Below, in pieces: positions 24,244-32,000 of a stretch of DNA of 32,000 bases (its first letter is position 1; every line of letters begins with the position of its first letter). Position numbers and translations under genes: made by a program. This stretch comes from Candidatus Tremblayella phenacoccinincola (lineage in GTDB: Bacteria; Pseudomonadota; Gammaproteobacteria; Burkholderiales; Burkholderiaceae), in assembly GCF_009805595.3 (NCBI RefSeq), contig NZ_VMQO03000002.1, positions 31,039 to 63,038 on the forward strand. The letters run 5' to 3'. A model generated the notes under the pieces. The model did not search any database. It saw only the letters and a list, made by a program, of their open reading frames with translations, and was not told where the DNA came from.

Positions 24244-27200
24244 TTAGTGGGTTTCCTTTTTGTATTTATGATAGATATAACCTGTTCCAGCTGGCACCAA
24301 CCTACCTACTATAACATTTTCTTTAAGACCTAATAAGTAATCTTGTTCTCCAATACTTGCTGCTTTGGCTAATACTCTTGTAGTCTCTTGAAAAGAAGCA
24401 GCGGATATAAAAGACTCTGTAGATAAAGAAGACTTAGTTATTCCTTGAAGAACGTATTCATAGTTTATTATATTGTGTCCGATGCTCAATAGTTCTTTGT
24501 TTCCTTGAACTATTCTTGATCTTTCAACCTGTTCACCAATATAGAATGAAGAACAGCCTTTGGAGATAACCCTAACAAACCTTAGCATTTGTTTTACAAT
24601 GACCTCTATGTGTTTGCTGTTTATGTTCACTCCTTGTGTTTGATATATGCTTTGTATTTCAGCAGAAATGGAGACCAGCAATACTTCAGACCCAAGGGCT
24701 TTTAAAACTACAAAGGGGTTTATTGAGCCATCAGTCAATGAATCACCTTTTTTAACATACTGTCCATCTTGAACTGTAATTCGATTCTCAGAGTTGAATG
24801 ATAATATTTCAGCTTTTGTGTTATTAGTGTTAATATTGGTAATGACGGCCTTTAGGACAACAGTTGAATCAGCTTTAACGGAAACAAACCCTGGAACCGT
24901 AGTAAGCACTTTTGTGTCCTTTTGTACTCTTGTTTCAAAAGTGTCAGTAATACGCATCAAGCCACCTGTTATGTCTCTGTTCTTTTTAGCGTTAAATGGA
25001 ACATAAGCTACAACCTGTCCAGCCGCTACATATTGTTCGTCCTCCGATATAACAATGGTCCCTGGTAACAATAATAGCTTCCTTGAATAACCGTTTGGAT
25101 TGAGTATTTCAAGTGAAGGTCTTTTTGGTCCCTTTGTATTCTTTATTATATATATAGGCTTTGTCTTTCGAGTCTTAGTGGTTTGGGTCTGAACTGCTTC
25201 ATTATCCACAAAATATCTAAGCTTAACCAAACCATCGAACTCTGCAATGAGTGGTTTATTAAATTGATCCCATGTGTATATAACGTCCTTTCGATCCACA
25301 TATTCGAGCTCTTTGAAAAATACCACAGAACCATACGGAACATAGAAATTACGTTGCACTTCCTTGTTTCTGGTTAGAATTATCAGCTTACCTGTCTTAG
25401 ATATAGCCAACCTTTCCTGAGATCTATTCGACGCTAGTCTAAGCGAACAATGCAGATATATAACACCTTTGCTTTCAGCTTTAACGTTCGACCAAGTTTC
25501 ATATGAAGCCATCCCCCCAACATGAAAAGTTCGCATTGTCAGCTGAGTGCCAGGTTCGCCTATAGATTGAGCAGCAACAACCCCTACTGCCTCCCCAACA
25601 CTAATAGGAATTCCAGAGCTTACATCACATCCATAGCACATAGCACACAGACCATTCCTTGTATTACAAGTTAGTGGAGAGCGAATGTGGAATGTTTCAA
25701 TGTTGGGTTCCATTAAGGTTTCTAACGTAGCCTGCTCAATAAGAGTTCCAGCATCGCATATTACTTCTCCGGTTGTTGTCTTAATTCCAGAAGAGCAGAA
25801 CCTACCAAGAGACCATTTTGATACAAAACCTAACTCATGTTTGTTCTTTAAGGTGTTCAGAGCATTGATACCAGTGTTCGAACCGCAATCCCATTCTGTA
25901 ACTACAATCTTCTGAGCTACATCAACTAGCCTGCGTGTTAAATAGCCTGAGTTAGCTGTTTTAAGCGCTGTGTCGGTTAATCCTTTTCTGGCACCGTGTG
26001 TAGATATGAAGTACTGTAATGTGGTTAACCCTTCTCGAAAGTTTGCAGTAATTGGAGTTTCAAGGATTGAACCGTCTGGTTTTACCATTAATCCTCTCAT
26101 TCCTGTTATTTGTTTTATTTGATCTGTTGAGCCTCTAGAACCTGAGTTAACCATGGCGTATATTGGGTTTGGTTTGTTTGTTTTAGATAGCTCAACCATC
26201 AATGAGTTCTTTACATATTCTGAAGCTTTGGACCATATTTCCATTAGGCTATTATAGCGTTCTAGTTGAGTTGTTAGTCTGTTATTGTATTGCGATTCCT
26301 GGACTTCAACCGCACCCCAAGCGCTTAACGTTATCCCATCTTTCTCTTTTGGTGTAAGCATGTCCTCAATGCTAATTGATATGCCAGATATGGTTGCTAT
26401 GTTAAAACCACATTGCATCAGCTGTTCAATAAAGTTAATGGTGGTCTGTTTAAAGCTCCTGCGGATAGCCGTTTGAACAATGCCTGCTACTTCTTTCGTT
26501 CTTAAAGTCCTGTTTAGCCTATCGAACAAAATGTTTGCAGGTAGAAGTTTGGAGAGTATGGATCTACCGACTGTTGTGGACCAAGCTTTAAAGAAGCTTT
26601 CGAGAAGTCCTCTGTGTTTTATGGTTTCCCTAATTCTAATTCTAATGTAGCAGCCTAGTCCCATAATATCTTTAGCTTGAACATATATAGCTTCGTTGAC
26701 ATCGGAAAGAGGCATTTCTTTTCTAGAAACATTCTTAAGTAGCATTGAACATACGTATAAGCCTAAAACCATATCTTGAGCAGGTAGTATTATAGGACGT
26801 CCATTTGATACTGATGTAAGATTGTTGACTGGAGTGATGAGATGTTTAGCTTCCAATTGAGATTCCAGTGATAACGGCACATGAACTGCCATCTGATCTC
26901 CATCGAAGTCTGCATTAAAAGCAGAGCATACGAGTGGGTTAAGTTGAATTGCATGACCTTCTACTAAAACTGGTTCGAGTGCTTGAATACTAAATCGATG
27001 TAGGGTTGGTGCTCGATTCAGGAGAACATAACGACCCCGGGTTGCTTCATCCAATGCTTTCCAAGTTGCTAAGGTCCTGTTGTCAACTTCCTTCCTTGCA
27101 GCTTTGACATTTGCTGTTAGCCCGAGCCTTCCCAGAACCCCGAAGATAAATGGTTTGAACAACTCTACGGCCATTGCTTTTGGTATTCCACATTGGCGCA

Positions 27201-28305
27201 TTTTAAGGTTAGGTTCTACTGTTATTACTGAACGGCCAGAATAATCAACACGCTTACCTAATAGATTCTGACGAAACCGACCAGCTTTTCCTCTCAGTAA
27301 TTCAGACAAAGATTTTAAAGGCTTCTTGTTCGTGCCAAGTGTTGGGTTGCTTTTCCTGTTGTTATCAATTAAAGCATCAACCGATTCCTGAAGTATACGT
27401 TTCTCATTCTTTAGCATTATTTCAGGAGCTTTTAACTCTATTAACTTCCGCAGGCGGTTGTTTCTGTTTATTACCTTTTTGTATAACTCATTCAGGTCAG
27501 AAGTTACAAGCTTGTTTCCATCCAGAGGTATAATTGGTCTGAGGTCAGGTGGCAGAATTGGGAGAACACTAAGAACCATCCATTCAGGTTTAACGTTTAG
27601 CTTTTTAAATGCCGCTAAGGTTCTCAAGCGGCTCAACATAGGTTTCGTTTTAAACTGTTGGTGATGGGTTTCACTTGCAATGGCTTCTCTAATATTACTC
27701 ATTTCTGATTCTATATCTATTAATCGTAGTAATTTCTTAACACCTTCAGGACCAGTTTCAGCTTTAAAGAAACCACTATGAAGCTTTGTTCTGTATTGAA
27801 ATTCTTCTTCTGAAATGACTGAGCCTAACTTCAAAGAACTACTGCCAGGCTCAGTGACAATGTAAGCGTTCAAATATATTACTTTCTCAGCATCATTTGC
27901 TGTTACGTTAAGAATAGAACTTAGGTTAGAAGGAGATGACTTTAGGAACCACATATGGAAAACAGGAACAACAAGTTCTATATGTCCTAACCTTTCTCTT
28001 CGAGTTTTTGATAGAGTTACTTCAACCCCACACTTCTCACATATTATTCCTCTGTATTTAAAATAGCGATACCTACCACACATACATTCGTAGCTTTTAA
28101 TGGGACCAAAGACCTTACAACAAAACAGACCTTCATATTCAGGCTTCAGGGTACGATAGTTGATGGTGTCAGACGTTTTAACTTCTCCAAATGACCATGC
28201 TCTTATTTTGCTAGGAGACGCTAGACTGATTCTAACGGATTCAAACGTTTTATCATTCTCGACTTGATATAGTGATTTTAAAAGGAATTGTTCAATGCTA
28301 TTCAT
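24244..28305 (-). CDS. rpoC: RNA polymerase beta-prime subunit
   Basis: 1353 aa. Zinc-finger [23 protein letters not shown], catalytic [16 protein letters not shown], and bridge-helix and trigger-loop regions present. Confidence 0.98.
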   Translation of the reverse strand: MNSIEQFLLKSLYQVENDKTFESVRISLASPSKIRAWSFGEVKTSDTINYRTLKPEYEGLFCCKVFGPIKSYECMCGRYRYFKYRGIICEKCGVEVTLSKTRRERLGHIELVVPVFHMWFLKSSPSNLSSILNVTANDAEKVIYLNAYIVTEPGSSSLKLGSVISEEEFQYRTKLHSGFFKAETGPEGVKKLLRLIDIESEMSNIREAIASETHHQQFKTKPMLSRLRTLAAFKKLNVKPEWMVLSVLPILPPDLRPIIPLDGNKLVTSDLNELYKKVINRNNRLRKLIELKAPEIMLKNEKRILQESVDALIDNNRKSNPTLGTNKKPLKSLSELLRGKAGRFRQNLLGKRVDYSGRSVITVEPNLKMRQCGIPKAMAVELFKPFIFGVLGRLGLTANVKAARKEVDNRTLATWKALDEATRGRYVLLNRAPTLHRFSIQALEPVLVEGHAIQLNPLVCSAFNADFDGDQMAVHVPLSLESQLEAKHLITPVNNLTSVSNGRPIILPAQDMVLGLYVCSMLLKNVSRKEMPLSDVNEAIYVQAKDIMGLGCYIRIRIRETIKHRGLLESFFKAWSTTVGRSILSKLLPANILFDRLNRTLRTKEVAGIVQTAIRRSFKQTTINFIEQLMQCGFNIATISGISISIEDMLTPKEKDGITLSAWGAVEVQESQYNNRLTTQLERYNSLMEIWSKASEYVKNSLMVELSKTNKPNPIYAMVNSGSRGSTDQIKQITGMRGLMVKPDGSILETPITANFREGLTTLQYFISTHGARKGLTDTALKTANSGYLTRRLVDVAQKIVVTEWDCGSNTGINALNTLKNKHELGFVSKWSLGRFCSSGIKTTTGEVICDAGTLIEQATLETLMEPNIETFHIRSPLTCNTRNGLCAMCYGCDVSSGIPISVGEAVGVVAAQSIGEPGTQLTMRTFHVGGMASYETWSNVKAESKGVIYLHCSLRLASNRSQERLAISKTGKLIILTRNKEVQRNFYVPYGSVVFFKELEYVDRKDVIYTWDQFNKPLIAEFDGLVKLRYFVDNEAVQTQTTKTRKTKPIYIIKNTKGPKRPSLEILNPNGYSRKLLLLPGTIVISEDEQYVAAGQVVAYVPFNAKKNRDITGGLMRITDTFETRVQKDTKVLTTVPGFVSVKADSTVVLKAVITNINTNNTKAEILSFNSENRITVQDGQYVKKGDSLTDGSINPFVVLKALGSEVLLVSISAEIQSIYQTQGVNINSKHIEVIVKQMLRFVRVISKGCSSFYIGEQVERSRIVQGNKELLSIGHNIINYEYVLQGITKSSLSTESFISAASFQETTRVLAKAASIGEQDYLLGLKENVIVGRLVPAGTGYIYHKYKKETH

Positions 28306-28307
28306 GG

Positions 28308-31300
28308 TTAATCTCCAACATCCAACAGAACACCAAGTGATCTAATTTCCCTTAGCAAAACGTTAAAAGACTCAGGAACACTAGTTCTTAAGATGAAGCT
28401 GTCCTTAATGATGTTCTCATACATTTTAATTCTACCCCAAATGTCATCAGATTTAATGGTTAACATCTCATGCAAAGTATAAGCTGCTCCATAGGCTTCC
28501 AGTGCCCAAACTTCCATCTCTCCAAACCTTTGACCTCCGAACTGGGCCTTTCCACCTAATGGTTGTTGAGTTATTATAGAATATGTGCCAGTAGACCTAG
28601 CATGCATTTTGTCTTCGGCTAGATGATGAAGCTTAAAGTAATACATGGTCCCAACGGTTGCTGGATATTTGAACCGCTTCCCTGTTACTCCATCAATTAG
28701 GAACAGTTGGTTCTTAGCTTGTGTGGTGTCTAACATGTAGGCTGTTTTCAATGGAAAAGCGGTTTCTGAAGTACGCTGAATGTCTTCTTCGTTGGTTCCG
28801 TTAAATATTGGAGTGTCACAAGGAATGCCATTTGTCAAAAGCTTCGCAGTTCTCAAAATGTCACTGGCTACTAAGTTACTAATATTCTTACATTCTTTAG
28901 CTGAGTTAAAGATATGATATAGAACATCTCTAAGTGCAGAAGGCATTTTAATAGAGCTTTTCTTCAAGACTAAGTTGATGCGCGTTCCTGTGGATTTAGA
29001 TGTTAGGCCTAAGTGAGTTTCAAACACTTGTCCAACGTTCATCCTAGAAGGCACTCCTAGAGGATTAAGAATTATATCAACAGCACGACCATCTTTTGTG
29101 TATGGCATATCTCTTACTGGAACAACTTTAGAAACCACACCTTTATTTCCATGCCTCCCTGCCATCTTGTCTCCAGGTTGGAGCGTACGTTTCGTCGCAA
29201 GTAATACTTTTACAACTTTTATAACCCCAGGTGAAAGAGCATAAACACCTGACGCTTTCTCAGTCTTTCTTCTCAGAACCAAATACAGGTCCGTTCTAGC
29301 ATGTTCCATGATTGAGCGCTTTTCTTTGAATGTTATGTGGCACAAACTGTTGTTGGTCTCCATTGTTAACCATACGTACGGGTCTATGGCTTGGAGTATT
29401 TCTACCTTTAGACTGCAACTACAGTTAATGAGAAGCCTCCCAATATATGAAAAGCTGTCTTGTTCAATGGTATGTATTTTGTCTCTCAGCTTGCCATTGA
29501 ACATACTATGATGTTTGCTGTTGTGGTTAGTTGTAGTCTTTGCTTTGAAGGTTTGAGTGCTTATAACAGTACCTTGAACACTTGGAGGAACACGAAGAGA
29601 AATGTCTCTAACCTCAGGTGCTTTCTCACTAAAAATGGCATTCATAAGCTTTTCTTCAGCTGTTAGAATTGCTGTTTCTTTAGGAATCACTTTACCAACC
29701 AGAATATCTCCAGCTTCAACTTGAGAACCAGCTCGTATTATGCCTTCATTGTCCAACTTATTCAACAGTGAATCTGAAAACCCAGGTATTGCATTGGTGG
29801 TTCTTTCTTTTCCAAACTTTGTGGCTTTTACGGTGACTGCGAATTCTTCAAGATGAACCGAAGTAAATATGTCTTTACCAACCAAGGTTTCTGACACTAT
29901 AACTGAATCTTCGAAGTTATAGCCTTTCCAAACCATAAAAGCTACTAATATATTCTTACCCAAGGCCAGCTCACCTTTGCATGTTGAGGTACCATCTGCA
30001 ATAACTTCACCTTTAGCTACTTTGAAACCATAGATAGCTGTAGGTCTAAAACTAGTGTAGGTGTTCTGATTTGTTCTCTCAGCCTTGACCAGCGTATGTA
30101 TCTCAATGTGGCTGCTTTCAGAGTTTATGGTTGGTAAAGACCTGATAATAATTCTAGTTGAATCCGCAAAGGCTATCACACCAGCTTCTTTAGCAACAAC
30201 ACAGGCTTTTGCGTCAATGGCTACAGGTTTCTCCGTTCCAGTGCCAATCAATGGACTTCTGGGGAGAATACAAGGAACTGCTTGGCGTTGCATGTTAGAA
30301 CCCATTAGTGCTCTGTTTGCGTCGTCGTGCTCTAAAAAAGGAATCAATGAAGTGGCAACTGATACTGTTTGTAGCGAACTAGCATCTATATACTGAACGT
30401 CAGCAAGCTTAGCTAGAGTTATGCCCTGTGTTCTTCTGGCTAATACTTTGCTATGGTTTCTTTGATCCAAAGAAGTTATTGTGAAACTCTCTTCTTCAGA
30501 AGCTGTTAGGAATTGAACACTTTTACTTATTCTTTCAGACGTTACCCTTCGATACGGAGCTTGCAAAAACCCATGTTCGTTCACTTGGGCATGGACAGCT
30601 AGAGAACTTATTAAGCCTATGTTCTGGCCCTCTGGGGTTTCAACCGGACAAACTTTGCCATAATAGGTTGGATGTACGTCTCTAACCTCAAACCCTGCAT
30701 GTTCTTTAGTTATTCCGCTTATGCCTATAGAAGTCAGACGTCTTTTATGAGTGACTTCGGACAAAGGGTTAATTTGGTCCAAAAGCTGGGATAAGTGAGA
30801 CGAAGCAAAGAAATCATTGAAAGCTTTGCATATTGGTCTGTAGTTTATGTTAGCAAAGGAAAGGTCACTATTGTTCTTGCAGTTATCTATAATGTTTTTG
30901 ATTGCTTGTTCAACCGCTAAGAAGTTATTCCTGAACAAACTCTCTAATATTTCACCTACACAGCGTATCCTCCTATTACCCAAATGATCTACATCATCGC
31001 CTTCAACTGAATTATTCTTAACGAGCATTAGGTATTTAAATGCTTGAATAAAGTCTTTGACTGATAGGAGGCCTGATCTAGCTACTTTTGTTTGGGGGAA
31101 AGAAAAAGCTCGCAGATTAAAAGCTAAGCGACCGATATTTGATATATGGTACGTACGTTCATCTGTTAGTGTCTTTTTAAAAGCTTCTTTCACTAAGTCT
31201 GGAAATATGGGTTCTCCGGGGTTAATTGCTCTGTATAGTTGTACTTGAGCATCATAAACATCTATTGATTTATCTGCTTTGAGAGTCTCTTTTAAATATT

Positions 31301-32000
31301 TAATGTATGCTTTGGTTCTGAATGGACAATGTATTATTAACTTAGCAATACCAAACTTTCTGAGCTTATTCAAAAGCAACTCGCTAATCTTTCTGGATGG
31401 AATACAGGAGCCTTTAGGTTTTAGAATCAGTAGATACTCTAAACTGGAGAATACTGAATCATTGACTAACGTTTCCTTAATGTTCCTACTGACTAGGCTT
31501 TTTATTTGGTTGTTACATATTATGGTGTGGGTTTTAATAATGATCTTGCTATTTTCATAGATACTAAAAGGAATTGGCTCCCCTTTCAGTTCAATTAAAG
31601 GTAAACCGATTACAACTCCCAAACGTTCCAACTTAACTAAACGCTCAACAAAACCTGGAATGATTTTAGAATGAAGAACACCGAAGCTTTTAAGTAACGT
31701 TGTTGCTGGTAGCTTTTTTCCTTTATCAAAACTTAAATACAGGATGTTACTTCGATTTAGTTCTAACTGAATCCAGACTCCATAAAGCGGAATAACTTTT
31801 ACTGCTACGTTAGGATCTTGTTCTTGGAATAAACCTTGCTTCTTTCGTTCAATATATAAACCAGGTGACCTATGCAACTGTGAAACTACGACTCTGTCCA
31901 CCCCGTTAATCAAGAACGTGCTACTTTGTGTCATTAGTGGAAATTCTCCAATAGCTAACGGATATTCATTCCAACCTTTGTTCTCGCATACAACTCCATT
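28308..32000 (-). CDS. rpoB: RNA polymerase beta subunit, 5' end outside window
   Basis: The frame of ORF 28308..31934 stays open to the window end. Upstream translation NGVVCENKGWNEYPLAIGEFPLMTQSSTFLINGVDRVVVSQLHRSPG aligns near residue ~130 of E. coli beta. C-terminal motifs GGQRFGEMEVWALEAYGAAYTL are present. Confidence 0.97.
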   Translation of the reverse strand, partial: NGVVCENKGWNEYPLAIGEFPLMTQSSTFLINGVDRVVVSQLHRSPGLYIERKKQGLFQEQDPNVAVKVIPLYGVWIQLELNRSNILYLSFDKGKKLPATTLLKSFGVLHSKIIPGFVERLVKLERLGVVIGLPLIELKGEPIPFSIYENSKIIIKTHTIICNNQIKSLVSRNIKETLVNDSVFSSLEYLLILKPKGSCIPSRKISELLLNKLRKFGIAKLIIHCPFRTKAYIKYLKETLKADKSIDVYDAQVQLYRAINPGEPIFPDLVKEAFKKTLTDERTYHISNIGRLAFNLRAFSFPQTKVARSGLLSVKDFIQAFKYLMLVKNNSVEGDDVDHLGNRRIRCVGEILESLFRNNFLAVEQAIKNIIDNCKNNSDLSFANINYRPICKAFNDFFASSHLSQLLDQINPLSEVTHKRRLTSIGISGITKEHAGFEVRDVHPTYYGKVCPVETPEGQNIGLISSLAVHAQVNEHGFLQAPYRRVTSERISKSVQFLTASEEESFTITSLDQRNHSKVLARRTQGITLAKLADVQYIDASSLQTVSVATSLIPFLEHDDANRALMGSNMQRQAVPCILPRSPLIGTGTEKPVAIDAKACVVAKEAGVIAFADSTRIIIRSLPTINSESSHIEIHTLVKAERTNQNTYTSFRPTAIYGFKVAKGEVIADGTSTCKGELALGKNILVAFMVWKGYNFEDSVIVSETLVGKDIFTSVHLEEFAVTVKATKFGKERTTNAIPGFSDSLLNKLDNEGIIRAGSQVEAGDILVGKVIPKETAILTAEEKLMNAIFSEKAPEVRDISLRVPPSVQGTVISTQTFKAKTTTNHNSKHHSMFNGKLRDKIHTIEQDSFSYIGRLLINCSCSLKVEILQAIDPYVWLTMETNNSLCHITFKEKRSIMEHARTDLYLVLRRKTEKASGVYALSPGVIKVVKVLLATKRTLQPGDKMAGRHGNKGVVSKVVPVRDMPYTKDGRAVDIILNPLGVPSRMNVGQVFETHLGLTSKSTGTRINLVLKKSSIKMPSALRDVLYHIFNSAKECKNISNLVASDILRTAKLLTNGIPCDTPIFNGTNEEDIQRTSETAFPLKTAYMLDTTQAKNQLFLIDGVTGKRFKYPATVGTMYYFKLHHLAEDKMHARSTGTYSIITQQPLGGKAQFGGQRFGEMEVWALEAYGAAYTLHEMLTIKSDDIWGRIKMYENIIKDSFILRTSVPESFNVLLREIRSLGVLLDVGD

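Noticed and set aside
22025-31560. Short ORFs within fusA, rpsG, rpsL, rpoC and rpoB on either strand (22025..22270 through 31279..31560, and 25146..25343 on the - strand)
   Set aside because: They are nested in or antisense to full-length conserved genes, and there is no independent support.
1-32000. Alternative genetic code (UGA read as Trp), as in some tiny symbiont genomes
   Set aside because: All large conserved genes are uninterrupted under the standard code. Trp positions such as GGW in RlmE use TGG, and TGA serves as the rplC stop.

Overview
This window looks like part of a highly reduced, AT-biased proteobacterial endosymbiont-type genome. It uses the standard genetic code: rpoC, rpoB, fusA and pnp are uninterrupted ORFs, so UGA is not reassigned.

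Two blocks differ sharply.
(1) Positions 1-5549 are very AT-rich (about 18-32% GC on hand-counted 60-nt samples). They carry rlmE (5' end outside the window), tRNA-Leu(GAG), initiator tRNA-fMet, pnp, tRNA-Leu(CAA) and rsmD on the + strand, then aroK and tsaB on the - strand. Gene order and protein motifs look Enterobacterales-like.
(2) Positions 5832-32000 are about 35-50% GC and entirely on the - strand. They hold one almost spacer-free array: rpoB (5' end outside the window)-rpoC-rpsL-rpsG-fusA-tuf-S10/spc/alpha ribosomal operons-rplQ-aroB-rpsU. EF-Tu motifs and the rpoBC-str-S10 contiguity look Betaproteobacteria-like.

The long spacers sit in and around the left block (722-1251, 4687-4820, 5550-5831, 6060-6397). 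They are not AT-rich junk. They contain a family of related, strongly strand-asymmetric polypyrimidine (C/T) modules with shared anchors: AAAGAGCT, TATATATAC, CTAACTAA, CCCCCCAG...CAACACATC and TAGGTTTA.

Erosion features in the ribosomal array:
- rpoA lacks the whole alpha C-terminal domain.
- rplX is absent.
- secY is short and divergent.
- rpmJ is missing from the ORF track and overlaps the infA 3' end.

I see no CRISPR array, transposase, phage, defence or toxin genes. The most interesting signals are the apparent gamma/beta mosaic junction and the C/T-rich spacer repeat family. All phylogenetic statements rest on remembered reference sequences and need database confirmation.
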